Part shown: piece by piece, positions 12,285 through 24,965 of the stretch
How positions within the stretch are numbered: position 1 is the first letter of the stretch
How the letters are laid out: every line of letters starts with the position of its first letter
From: Catajapyx aquilonaris
Lineage: Eukaryota
DNA: 38,382 bases
Reading direction: 5' to 3'
Assembly (NCBI GenBank): GCA_000934665.2
Contig: KZ538265.1
Location: 62,001-100,382, forward strand
Notes under the pieces: model-generated
Database searches by the model: none
Told to the model about the DNA's origin: nothing
The model's input: only the letters and a program-made list of their open reading frames with translations
Made by a program: the position numbers and the translations under genes

Positions 12285-13350
12285 TCAGTTAGGTGCTGGC
12301 TTTTCAGGTTCTGCAGCTTTTTCTTTAGCACCTGATGTCATTTCTTTGGCGCTAAGGCCTGAGGCGTCTTTGGCACTTAGTTCTTTCGGGGTTGGGTCTT
12401 CCACATCGAAGTCGTCGTCGTCATCAGTTCGGTTGGTGCGGCTGCGATTGTAGTAAAGTGATGGGTACTTGGAGAAGCACTCGTGCATCATGTTGAATGG
12501 GTCTCGACAGTCGCTGCCCTTCGGATCAGCTTTGCTGGAAATAGATGTGTCCATTGGAAATTGCAGAAGTCTAAAACAAGTGACTGAATTAGCGTGACAT
12601 CTGAATGCAGCAAGAGCTCTGATGTGTAACATTAATTGCAAATAGAAATGTGTAAATAATGACATTCTCATGTTTACTTTAAAAAGGAGGTACCAAAAGC
12701 TAATAACTCGTGGCAATACAAGTTTGCTCTTTTCATTAACTATATTCCTTTTTTCATATTGTAGTCAACCAACAGCTTTGGATACTTTTCACCTGACGTG
12801 GGCAATGGGGTGGTCCTAACATTTTTTTTCTAACCTACGATACCTTCCCTCTAGCAGTGCATTTGATCGACACTACCTGTCGTGATAGCAGGTGAAGGCC
12901 TCCCTGAACTCAAGTCCGCAAGGCCCAGTAACCATGGTCGCAACACACGGACAAGCCCAGTTGATCTTCCCGCTCCTGAGCACAATCCCAGGGTGGTCGT
13001 CATCCGTATCTTCCGGAAGGGATATTGCACTTGGCGTCTTGGTGTGGTCCTCCTTCGTCACAAACACCACCTTGTCCTTCCCTGGGCAAAACACGTGACA
13101 TTACACGCTTGCTCTACAATCGTGTCGATGATGAAATGTCAACTGCAGACGTTACCAGTGCCCGGTTTTAACGTGTCATTACTAAGTAACGGTACTTTAA
13201 GAGCTGCAGCTGGATCCATTTACTGCCAGTTTAATTAGTGGGATTAATCACCCCAGTACTTCCTATGAGCATGCAACTCGGTCCAAATATTGCCCCACAC
13301 ATTTCCTCCTGTTGTGAATCGTCCTTACCCTTTGTAGTGCAGTACGACAT
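12285..13350 (-). CDS. CHCHD4: Mitochondrial intermembrane space import and assembly protein 40 (158 aa)
   Basis: Exons 13350-13329, 13081-12877 and 12534-12285. N-terminus MSYCTTKGKDKVVFVTKEDH, INWACPC redox motif, and twin CX9C motifs (CGLEFREAFTC, CRDPFNMMHEC). AATAAA at 12240-12235. Confidence 0.96.
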
Positions 13351-13542
13351 GGCTCCTTTATCCAACAGACTATCCGACACTCGCACTACCTTCTCATTAA
13401 ATTAAATCCAACTTTTTGAATGGTTAAAAGAGCCGGAAAAAAAAGGCGAAAGAGCAACTCAGCACATGGACGTATGAGAGATCAGGTGGAGACATCTATC
13501 GGCAGCATCGGCCACCCTGACCAATTTGGCAACCCTGCGTTG

Positions 13543-13560
13543 TGACGTCACCGGTCAGTT
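13543..13560 (+). promoter_or_regulatory. CRE palindrome plus Inr-like TCAGTT in the MIA40/UPF2 bidirectional promoter
   Basis: TGACGTCA at 13543-13550 and TCAGTT at 13555-13560, followed by a CpG-rich putative UPF2 first exon ending at a G|GTGAG donor (13791). Confidence 0.45.
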
Positions 13561-15184
13561 GGCGCCAGTCGCTGATTCGAATGTTCGATTATCGCATTTT
13601 TAAAACTGTGGCTGTCGTTTTTTAGGAAAAGTCACCCTGGTTATCCGGGTGCGGTCGCGTTATCATGGCGCGGATAGGGCGGAAGGCACTGCCCGCGAGT
13701 TGGCCCCTCCTGGAAGCGCCCAGCCAGCCGGGTTTGGAACTGGAAGCACCGAAACGGCCGCGCCCTTCGCTCCTGGCCAATCGAATATCTGGTGAGCCGA
13801 TAGGCAACTGTTTACTCCAGTTTAATTACATATATTATATTTTAAAATTACATTAATCTCCGGAGGTACACGCGCACATTTTTATCTGGCTGATATAATA
13901 TCCTGTATGGGTTGGGGTTCCCCTCCGTCCGTTCCGCTTGCTATTATATTGATGATGGCGGCCATGATCGGCCCGTTCCTCTGTGTTGGATGTGCCAAGT
14001 AGAGAAGGTGACGGGATAATGGTGGAAGCCAGAGTCGAGCTGTTAATTCGTGTGGCAGGTCAAATGCGTCGTACTTTGGTTCGGGCCAGGTCAGCCTCCG
14101 AACCCATGGATACGTGACTCGGGGGTCGCCTCACACGCGGCGCACCACGATCCGGATCACTGAAGAAGCAGGTATGGATATATGCGGATGCGGGTTATCT
14201 GCTGCCCAGTGCGTATGGCTGGAGGGGAGAAAATGATAGAAGGAAAAGTGGGGGTTATTTGCGTGATACCCGATGTACAAGTCTAGTGCTTGCGTACCGG
14301 ATTGTATGGTGATGCAATAGTAATAATGCAAATAGTACGTCTACATGTGTTCATCATGTAACGCCGCCTTAGCCTGTACGCCTGCTCATCCGGCTTTGTG
14401 TGGGAACTGCCGTGCTGTGATGGTGTAGGGAAGATATCTACAACATGTTCTCTCTGAAATCAGTAACATGTTGTTCCTATGAAAAGAGTGGATGTCGTAA
14501 TCTTGGCATAGTGTGCCACGATGAGAGCTAGTTGTATAAACATTAATTAAGATAAACTAAAGTGTCAGCCTACATGTAAACAAGAGCTAATTCCATTCCG
14601 TTCATAAAACTGCATAAAACGATTGGCATATTGACTCCAATGATTACAATAATCACTATGCTGTCTTAGAGCTGTGGTTGGCCCATGATTTGAGACACAC
14701 TGGCTGTTACATAAACTGGGAGCAAACCATTAGCACTTAATTTGGCTATTGAAAAGCATCTCGATAATAATTACACATTTTCCAAGTTTTAGGTATTACG
14801 TAGGCCTATTACTTAACTTTATTATGATCTTCTATTTGGTCCATGCTCATATCATAATTATTCATTAGTCCTCATACCTTCTCCATGCTTGCTTTAACTA
14901 CAATTGCCAGCAAAGTGCTGTAACCTAACAAATGCCCCCTGAAAGATAGTGTATTTATCAGCTGATTGTGGTATATAGGCAGTGCTCCTTCTGCCTGCTC
15001 AGTTGAAGAGTGGGTGAAGTTACAGACCTGCTGTTTTCTTCTCAATGTAAGAGACTTGTCACACCAATGTGACTAGGAGTTTGGAGAAGTTTCCTATAGG
15101 CAATTCAGCTGTAGATGCAATTAACTAGTTCTTCCCATTTTGCACTAGACCTAACTACTGCATCTGAACTACATCCCTTGTTAT

Positions 15185-15438
15185 TACACAGTGTGTGAAA
15201 AATATCCGGGTTCGTTTAGCTATCACAAATTTGGTCCAAAGTTGTTATTTTTGTGTAGCTTATTGTGCCCCAATTGAGGTGCCTCGTAACAGCTCGTATA
15301 GCAGCTGCTAATAATACACCACCTGTGAATATAATAATTGGTAACCTCGATTGGGACGCAAAATGCTACACGAAAAAGCAACTTCACACAAAATTTGTGA
15401 TAACGAAAATGACCGATATATTTGGAATGCACTGTATA
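15185..15438. mobile_element. Possible degenerate Tc1/mariner-type MITE
   Basis: Ends TACACAGTGTGTGAAAAATATCCGG and CCGATATATTTGGAATGCACTGTATA form an imperfect inverted repeat with CAGTG termini and TA flanks. Confidence 0.35.
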
Positions 15439-15903
15439 CCTAGATAATCTCAAGTCACACTGCTTTTCTGCATAAATGTGACAGCACAGCTGGGCATGTG
15501 AAGGGTCCAGTTTGGTTGGCTATGTTGATGAATCAGATATATTCACACATTCTTACACTATCTGTAAGTGAGGAGTAGGTTATGACCATTGCCATAACTT
15601 GTGGGCAAGCATGCAAATGAAGTGATAATGGGAGCCATGGTGTTATGTAACATGTCTGCCATTGAAAATAACATTGAATATTATGTTAGCCTACAAGTTT
15701 GTATGATGCAGGGATATAAAATTATGTTTCTAAATATGTGATGAGGTTCAATTGGAAATGGAATATATTGAACTTGAGATTGATTGATCTTATTCCTTTG
15801 GTGTGTGTTTTCCTGCGTTGCCTGCAGAAAACTGGAAACTGCGGCATATGAATTAAGCAACAATTTTGCTTTTACAGGAGGCATTGCAAGAGTGCTTGTA
15901 AAC

Positions 15904-18900
15904 ATGGAGGTGGAGAGCAAGGAAGTACCCCCGGAGAGACCCCGTGGCAAGAGCTGGAAGCGAGAGAGGGAGGAGAGGAACGGGAGGAGGTTGCAGGCCG
16001 CCAGCAAGAGAGAAGCTGCTGAAAAGGCCATGGCAGCTGCATTGGCGACACCAACAGTGCCAGCAGTTGATCAGAATGGGAAGGCAAATGGGAAGGAAGG
16101 AGTGGTAGAAGAAGTAGGGAAGGTTGAAGTGGTGGAAGGGGCAGAAAAGGGAGAAGGTGGAGAGAAGAATGAAGAAGAGGAGGAGCAGGACAATGGTGAA
16201 GAGGAAGAGAGGAAGAGGCAGCTGGAGATTCAGACCAAGGAGGAGGAGAAGGTATATTCTTATGATTTTTAGTTTTAATGTTTATAGAGTGCTCTTTTGG
16301 TGGTGTTATTAGCAACAGGTTAGGGACAAGAATCAATCAGTAATCTTGGTTATGCCTGACTTTGGTAACAAGTAGAATCCAAATATTTAGGCACAAAAAA
16401 AAACTGAAATAGGCACAAAAATTTTACTTTTGTGGGCATATGGAGGATAATGTAACATAAAATTAAAAATCTAGACAAATTTTACAGGCCTGAAGTATAA
16501 ATATAAGGTCACAAACCAGACCAAAAAATGAATAACAATGATAAACTGACAGAAAATCACAAGAGTTGGTCAAAAGAGACAAAGTGCGAGCAAGTATAAC
16601 TTGCTCTGGAATCTACCATTTATAGCCCGTTTCCACTTGTACAGTATGTGACCAAATATTTTTCTGGATTTTCATTGGTGAAACTAATTTACATTGAACA
16701 AATTTGGCCCTTTCAGAAGCACAAAAAATACTCTGCTAACAACAAACATGCCTCTGAAGGAATAGGTCTATAATAGGCCCATAAAGTCCCGAAATTGCTT
16801 TAGAAAGTTCAAAAACTATCCCAAAATTGGCAGGAAAAGTTGCAAAAAGCCAGAATATGCAAAATAGTTCCCAAAACCATGAAATAGACCATTTTAGGCA
16901 TGATAAAACCTACATATTCCACATCCTGCACTTATGAAACAGATAGACAAAACCATCCCAACTGCAAAGGAACTATATAGGCATTTGCATAAAAATCCGG
17001 GCTCTAGTAATAAGTGATGCTTCACTTCAATTTTTAAAATTTTAGCCTGCCTAGTTACAATTCATACCACAGTGGCATGAAATATTGTGTGCTAGTAATA
17101 CATATGGTGTAAAAACAATGGGACAAAGGTAGTTTTAAATATGAAGCTTTCTCAGTGCAATTGTGACTGCTCAGCAAAACTCACATGACTCTCGCCTATT
17201 GAATTCTAATCAGGGGATCAGATATGACGGGTATGGGAGGAGAATGTTCTACTGTAAGGAAGGTTGCAGGGATGGATTTTGATGCATATCCCCATGTACT
17301 TTCTGATGGAAGATATTCATAATTCTTCTTTTGGTGTAAGAATAAGACTCGGTTGATTTTTGATCAATCTCTGTAGCAGAAATGCCTACTAAAAAGTATT
17401 GGGAACATGTTAAAATCAGTCCTTCGATCTTTCAGCATGGGGATTTGAATGTGAACATATCTCAATGATGTGTTTTAAAACTAGATACGAGGGGCATTTG
17501 ATAAGTAGTGAGCCTACCTGTGAAGGAGTTGTCCCAGGCGAATGGCACTTTAACACTTCTCTATGTAGCCCTTCTGGAGTATGATGTACTCCTCCCAAAC
17601 ATTGGTCCAGCTTTGCATCCATTCGCAAAAAAAAAACAAAATTGACTTGGTCATGACATCATCAAGTCTGTTGAAATGCTGTTCTTTCAGGTGTCGTTTG
17701 ACTTATGAACGGTGATAGTCGGGTGGTGCCACCAAATCACCTGTTCCCAACACTCAAACGACACCTGAAAGAAGAGCGTTTCAACCTTGGTTTCAACAGT
17801 GTTGATGCCGTCATGGAGGGTGTCCGTGAATGGTGTGATGACAAAGACATCTTTTTTTTGAGAAGGGATGCAAAGCTGGACTACTGTTTGGGAGGAGTAC
17901 ATCATACTCCAGGAGGGGTATGTAGAGAAGTGTTAAAGTGCCATTCACCTGGGACAGCTCCTTCACAGGAAGGCGCACTACTTATCAAACAGCCAATTAC
18001 AAAATGCAGGCTACTTAAATTTTTACTGTTGAAACAGTCACTGTCATTCACTAGAGAAAATTCTGTTGATATTCTCTCCACATGCAAAATGGCGCTTACA
18101 TAATTGCCTATGGCTCTTTGGCAACAGCAATACCTGCAAGCATATGTGGCTGATGCAGAAGAACGTCTAAGTGGTAAGATACATCTGAGATCAGTCAACA
18201 TGAATGCCACACGTCCTGAAGAGTCATACTTCACAAGTTTGGATTCCAGTCTCAAGAAGAATACTGCGTTTGTGCGGAAACTGGTATGTCGTCTTTCTCT
18301 TCTACAAATAATACAATTGTGCCATGTTTTAATGTGCAAGAGAGTTTAGTCATTGCTGTGCTCTAAAATATCGAAATGTTTCAGAAAACATTCACAGAGA
18401 ACCAGAAGGACTCTCTGGTCCGTGACATGTGTAGCCTGAACCTGACCAAGTATGTCTCGGAAGTTGCAGCCGCTATTGTGGAAGCAAAGCTAAAGATGTC
18501 AGACATTGGGGCAGCCCTCCAGTTGTGCTCAGAACTGCACCAGAAGTACGCAGAGTTCTCATCCCACCTTCTGGACAACTGGCAGAAGAGCCTTGCTATC
18601 CGCAAGGAGGACAAAGTGGCCAACCCAAGCAAATTGCGTGTCGACCTCCGCTTCTATGCTGAGCTCATCTCTGCGGGTGTCTTCACCTTGAAAGTAGGAC
18701 TGCCCTTGCTGGGGAATGTGTTGACCATGCTGGTTAACATGGACAAGGAGGACCACCACAATATTGCCATAGTGCTTAGTTTCTGCCGACACTGTGGTGA
18801 GGATTATGCTGGGCTAGTGCCCAGGAAAGTCAGGCTTCTTGCAGAGGAGCATGGGGTGCAGGTGCCTAGGAGTCAATTCCTCACTGTGGAGAGACAGAAA

Positions 18901-21900
18901 AATGTGCACCATCTCCTTAAGGACTATTACACATCTCTCTGCAAGCACCTTGTCAAAGTAAGTTGTATGATGATTTGAAGGCAGCAGCTGCCAAGTGCCA
19001 GCTGATACCTGCACTCTACAACTGCTGCATTTAAAATGCCATCCTTCAAAAACCAGTTGATGCAAATGTTTAAGTTGGCTGAACTATGGCATGCCATTAC
19101 TTGTAAACGTCAAGGTAATTGGCATTGAATTTATTGCCAAGTGCAGTGGTGCAAGTATGCTATATAAAAATGCCATTGAAACTTGCATGACTCTCAAAGA
19201 ATCATTTGGTTGATGAAGGACTGTTGTGTGTGTAATACTGACAGTATAAAATGTACATGTATGCGCAGGCAATAGTTCATTGACTGGAAGGACCGGCATA
19301 TTTGCAACAATTTGTATTTAGTCCAGTAGGGACAAGCTAATAGACTCTTTTCAAATATGTAGGATTTCAAGGAACTGAGAGCATTTGAGCGCCAAAACCA
19401 GCGCATTCTTCGCATGAAGGGGGAGCTGAGCCAAGAGAGGAAAGACAGGGCTGAGGTACAGCTTGCTTCCTACCAGAAGCTACTGGCCAACACGCAGCAG
19501 TTTGCTGAGGTGGTTGATGAGGACATGCCGGATCTGCCTGATGAAGGTCAGTCTTAAATCTGCTGACTGATCGAGTTACATGCGTCATGTTTGATCATGC
19601 AGGTCAAATTTATGATGTTGTCGTCTAATCATGTGCAATTTGTTTCAGAATTGGGGAAGCAGGAGGAGTGTCAGCTGCGTGTTGGGGAAGGGGGTGACGG
19701 TGGAGAGGGAGAAGGGGAACCAAACTTGAGCTCCCTGATCTGGGATGATGAGGACACCCGCTGCTTTTATGAGAGCCTCCCTGACCTCAAAGCCTTCTTG
19801 CCGAGCATACTGTACAAGGACAGCTGCGTTTCCAACCAGAGTTCAAATGCTGCAGCCACGTCTGCTTCCAACACTGCCGTTGGCCAACAGGAGGAAGGAA
19901 AGGAGGGTGGTGATGCGGGGAAGGGAGAGGAGGAAGGGAGGATAGGGGATGACATGGATTTGGCAATGGATGAACAGCTGGATATGGATCTGGACCTGGA
20001 CGAGTTGGTAGAGGGCGCAGGAGGCAAGCTGGCAGCGACAGATGGAGAGGAGACTGGGGGAAATGGGGATGGAAGGAAAGAAGAGGAGGTCATCATGCCA
20101 CCAGAGATAGAAGGTGAAGACTCCTTTAGCGTCAGGATATCATTCACATGAGCAGAAACCAGATTCTCTCAAATCTATTCTGAAACTGACCCAATGGCCT
20201 TGCTTACATTTACACAGAGCTAGAAGAACCTGAGCCTAACATTAGTGCATCAAGCAAGATCCTTCTGGATGCTTTTCTGACTCATCTGCCGAACTGCATT
20301 AATAGAGAGATTATTGATAATGCAGCTGTGGAGTTTGTCATGAACCTCAATACCAAGCACAACCGGAAGAAGCTTGTCAAGTGAGTCTCCTCTCGTTGAG
20401 TTTTGTGGTTATTCCAGCTATAAGGATGCCATTTCTGGTGATTAATCATTCTCATGTTCTTATTCACTTGCAATTGTTAACGTGATACTTTTCTCTTTAG
20501 GACATTGTTCAGTGTACCCCGTACTCGCCTAGATCTCCTCCCCTTCTATGGTCGTTTGGTGGCCATATTGCACCCTTGTATGCCTGATGTGGCCAATGAC
20601 TTGGCTCATCTTCTGAAGCAAGACTTTCGGTACCACGTCAAAAAGAAGGTATGGAAATCTGTGTTTCTTTTTTGCTTGAAACATTGAGGAGGCGATACAT
20701 TAATGCCATCAACTGCAGTAGATAAGTTCGTTACATTTGGGAATGTATGTCACGTGCAACTTTATATTCTTCATTCAATTTACAGGATCAGATCAACATA
20801 GAGTCCAAGGTGAAGGTGGTTCGTTTTATTGGGGAGCTGGTGAAGTTCCGCATGTTCTCCAAATCGGAGGCCTTGCATTGCCTGAAGATGCTTTTGTTCG
20901 ACTTCCGCCATCACCACATTGAAATGGCCTGCAACTTGCTTGAGACATGTGGTCGTTTCCTCTTTCACTCTCCGGAGTCCCACCCTCGCACCAAGGTGTT
21001 TCTGGACCTGATCATGCGCAAGAAGAGTGTTACTGCTTTTGACTCCCGCTACGTCACCATGATCGAGAATGCCTACTACTATGTCAATCCTCCCGAGTTA
21101 CCTGAGGGATCACATGGGAAGAAGGAGAGACCTCCCATGCATGAGTACATTCGTAAGCTGCTCTACAGGGATTTGGGAAAGAACAGTACGGAGAAGGTGC
21201 TCAGGCAGATGAGGAAGCTTGATTGGGAGGATCCAGAGGTGAGTTACCATTACTTAACCATGTAATTTTCATGTAAATTATTGCCACTGAATCATATTAA
21301 GTTGTAATCGTTTTTTGGTACCTACCTCGTGAAATTTTGTACTCCACTGTACTCAAGTTTCATTGCACTATTCATTAGGAACATTCAGTGAGTGCTGTAT
21401 TTCTTTCTCTTGCCAGGTTGCAGCTTATGCCATCAAATGTCTCACAGGGGTGTCGAATGTCAAGTTTTATAACATTCGCTGCATGGCAAGCCTTTTGGCT
21501 GGCCTCATTGCCCATCAAGTGAGCTGGTCCATGGAATTTGTGGGCCCTCAAGTTGTAGATGGAGTACTTGAAGACATTCGCTTGGGCATGGAGGTCAACC
21601 AAGCAAAGTACTGCCAGCGGAGGGTAGCCATGGTCAAATACCTTGGGGAGCTGTACAACTACAGGATGGTGGAAAGCTCTGTCATTTTCCAAACACTGTA
21701 CTCCTTCATTGCCTTTGGAGTCACTGGGTTTCCTGCCACATCTGCTCCTGTGTCGGGGGCCTCTTCACCCTCCCCAGAATCTACCAATAGCACTGCCAAT
21801 GTTCCACCCACAACTCTGGGCAGCAGTGAGCTAGACCCTCCTGAGCACCTGTTCCGGATACGTATGGCATGCGTTCTGCTGGAGACGTGTGGGCAATATT

Positions 21901-23790
21901 TCAACAGCGGCTCCTCTAAAAAGAAACTGGACTGTTACTTTGTCTACTTTCAGGTACGTCCTGTAGGAAATATAATTATATTTCTGAAATAGTGTAGCAG
22001 ATAGAATAATATGCACAGCTAGTCAGTGTATTGGATTGAGTAAGATGCCTTCATTGTTTCCCTACTTGTCTGCAGCGCTACTACTGGTTCAAGCACACCA
22101 TGCCGATATGGACAGAGGAGACCCCATTCCCAATTGCTGTAGAGTACATGGTGAAGGACACCCTTCTGACCCTCCGCGCAAAGATGAAGTTGTTCCAGAG
22201 TTTGGAAGAGGCCCACAAGGCAGTGGCTGACATGGAAGCTGAATACACTGCCAAGATAGCCGAAGTCTTGCCTACTGTGAAGAAGGCGGCTGCTGAGGGA
22301 GGGGGAGGAGACGATTACGAAAGTGAAGAAGGAGGGCTTGGGGTCATTAAAGAGACAGAAGAAGGTGAGGTTAATGTCTTGTACTAAGGTCTTTTTTTAA
22401 GCAGATTTTGGAGGCCTCTCTTTATGACTAAAATTGCACCAAGTGATAGAATAGTTCTTGGAAATAATTGCATCAAAAGTTTTTTTTAAATTCAGTGTAT
22501 TTTCTGCCTGAATTTAGGTATCAAATCAAGTTCATGAACATTTAACATCATTTAACTGATCAGATTGACATGGTAATTATTGTACTTGTACAGCAAATGT
22601 AGCCTTATGTCAAATGCGAATTAACCCAACCTTCAAAGCAACTTCATCCGACCAATAAGTATTTTCCCCAATTGTTAGAGTGAGGAACACATTGGTTACT
22701 CATTGCTGATAAAGATGCACTGTAAGGACACTATTGAATGATTTCTTGCCACTGTTTGTAATTTGCAGAGGAAGAAGAGCTTGGCAGTGACATGGAGTTG
22801 GACTGGGAGAATGCAGGGGAGTCACTGAGTCAGTCTCAGCACAGCCAGGCCATGACCATGGATGAAGATGCCACTGACATGTACCACAGAAGAGGGGAGG
22901 AAGAGATTGGAGGTGGAGAAGATGCCGGAGGGGACACTGGCGGAGAAGATATTGACACTGAGGACGACGTTGCAGTGCCAGGCGGACCGAGGCACTTATC
23001 CTGCAACGAGGACAGCGACTTTATGGCTGCCTTTGATAAAATGGTTTCAGAGAATATCCAAGACAGACTCCGAGACACAGTCAGAGCGCAGCAGGTGGAC
23101 ATCTCTGTGCCTTACCATATCAAGACTGGTCTCAAGAAGACCTTTGGTGAGAATTTTATTCAATGTTTTATTTATGGTTTCAATTTTTCAAATGTGGCGT
23201 GATGGAGCATGAAATTGTTGTCACTGTATTTAAGAACTGACATTCACTGTTTCATCAAATATTATTAGGATATACTACCACTAATTGTCATTGCATGTAG
23301 GCCAGCAGTACATTGGGAATATAACTCCAGTATATTCACCCTTTTTTTTCCATGTGCAGATCAACTTCAGGAGCCTCCTGAGACAGAGGTGAAGAGCACC
23401 ATAAACTTTGTGCTTATGATGCGGAAGGGAAGCAAGCAGCAGTACAAGAATCTGGCAGTGCCTGCACAATCAGAGCTGGCCCAGAACCTCAAAAATCGAG
23501 AGGAAGCCGAGAGAGCAGAAAAGGAGAGGGTGAAGAGGCTAACCCTGGACATAAACGAAAGGCTAGAGGAGGAGGATTATCAGGAGATGCAGGTCCAGGT
23601 CAGTCAATTCCCCGTTTATTAGGAAGAAGGGGGAATAATAGTTGGATAGATCTTTTACCTTTCATTACCGTTTCAGCAAGCCCAAAGGCCAATAGTGATG
23701 AATCTGAATCGGGAGAGGCGCCAGAAGTACCAACATCCAAAGGGAGCTCCAGATGCTGATCTGATATTTGGCCCCAAGAAGGTCAGGTGA
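15904..23790 (+). CDS. UPF2: Regulator of nonsense transcripts 2 (UPF2), ~1348 aa
   Basis: Exons 15904-16251, 18128-18283, 18385-18957, 19363-19546, 19649-20113, 20218-20380, 20501-20648, 20786-21238, 21417-21953, 22076-22364, 22769-23146, 23360-23598 and 23677-23790, total 4047 nt. Motifs LDSSLKKNTAFVRKL, VPRTRLDLLPFY, YLGELYNYRMVES, LDPPEHLFRIR and C-terminal HPKGAPDADLIFG; three MIF4G domains plus an acidic region. Confidence 0.97.
16928..17007 (+). repeat. Dispersed repeat with a Helitron-like 3' end (hairpin then CTAG|T); inverted copy at 26363-26440
   Basis: TAGGCATTTGCATA near-palindrome (perfect arms TAGGCAAATGCCTA in the other copy) followed by CTAG|T at 17004-17008. About 70 bp match the reverse complement of 26363-26440. 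Confidence 0.5.
17486..17999. mobile_element. Fold-back non-autonomous mariner derivative in the first coding intron of UPF2
   Basis: Starts TACGAGGGGCATTTGATAAGT (mariner-type TIR). Arms 17486-~17701 and ~17754-17999 are reverse complements. The right arm encodes a frameshifted transposase C-terminus (NHLFPTLKRHLKEERF...VMEGVREW.../WEEYIILQEGYVEKC*). Confidence 0.85.
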
Positions 23791-24874
23791 AACTGAGTCG
23801 TCTTGAGGCAGACCATTTAGGTGGATTTAAATCTGAAGATTAATTTAAGATCAACCGACAACTATTCGAATGTCGCATGTGGAGAGAGGGCAGGAAGCAA
23901 AAATACAATACAGAAAAGGCGTGCACGCGACAAACCAAATCCAGATTCACAAAAGCGTCTGCAAGTGTGGTTCCCTGAGTAAAAGCCTAGACGAGGCTCA
24001 TCATTTAAACGAATAAAAGCCGCTTGGTGCTGAGAGTGCACAATCATCAGGTTATGTACACCCATCTGGATCAAGTCTGACTGAGAGGAGTGAAGTTCTA
24101 GGAAGTTAACCAGGACCTCTCAGGATACTGACCAATGGAAAAAATAAAGATGCAAATCAGCTCCAAGGGAAATGATATGACTTTGTTAGCAGGATTTACT
24201 GGGTTACTGGCAGCAATGCAGTTAAATGGACGACTTTTTGGTTTAGCAGATATGGCTTTTTTATTGCTAGGTTCTTGGACGTGTGGTCAATGAACTGAGT
24301 TCATGTCAGTTGGGGGAAAATTGCCAGGTAGAATAATTGCTGTCGCAAGGAATATGATGGTTTTGTGAAATGAATTGCCTGCTCGAGGCAAATATGCGCG
24401 CAGATTGCTGTTGTTTGCAATGTGTGGGAGGGTAGCATTTAATTTCATGAATCACAGGATTTGAGGCACGTTGTAATGGCATAGATATGAACTTTATGTT
24501 TCAATTCGTTTTTTTGGGGGGGTTCTCCTGCTCCTGGAAAAGCAGGAAATCTTGGTGTCATATTATTGATATCAGTATAGGAGGATTAAAATAGCATTGT
24601 TTTAGTGCAATAATGGTTCTCTCTTACAGTCCATTCCAAAGCATTACAAGACTTGTGCAATCTGATTTGACTGGTGGGAAGCACCGAAGATTTTAATTAG
24701 GGAAAGTAGGTGTGGAGCAGGGATTAGTACCCTGGCTCGCATGCTTTCCACCTCCACATTTGATTGTGTGAGCCACGCTTTACTTTGGAAGAGACGATAT
24801 TTTCATCTATTTTTCTCTTGTACAATCTTGTGATGTAAATTTTAGTTGACAAAAAGGGGAATAAAAAGAGATAA

Positions 24875-24965
24875 TGTTGGGAAAACACTTCTTGCTTTTT
24901 TGGAATAACAGTTTTATTTTTGCAATTACATTACCGAACAATAATTATTGTGTTTTTTGTAAAAT
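24875..24965 (+). repeat. Direct duplication, copy 1 (copy 2 at 26481-26567)
   Basis: TGTTGGGAAAACACTTCTTGCTTTTTTGGAAT(A/G)ACAGTTTTATTTTTGCAATTACATTACCGAACAAT...GTAAAAT occurs twice. The upstream TTAGTTGACAAA is also shared (24842 and 26455). Confidence 0.9.

Noticed and set aside
16252..16260. GTATATTCT donor as a possible U12 intron
   Set aside because: Does not match GTATCCTT, and no U12 branch site was seen.
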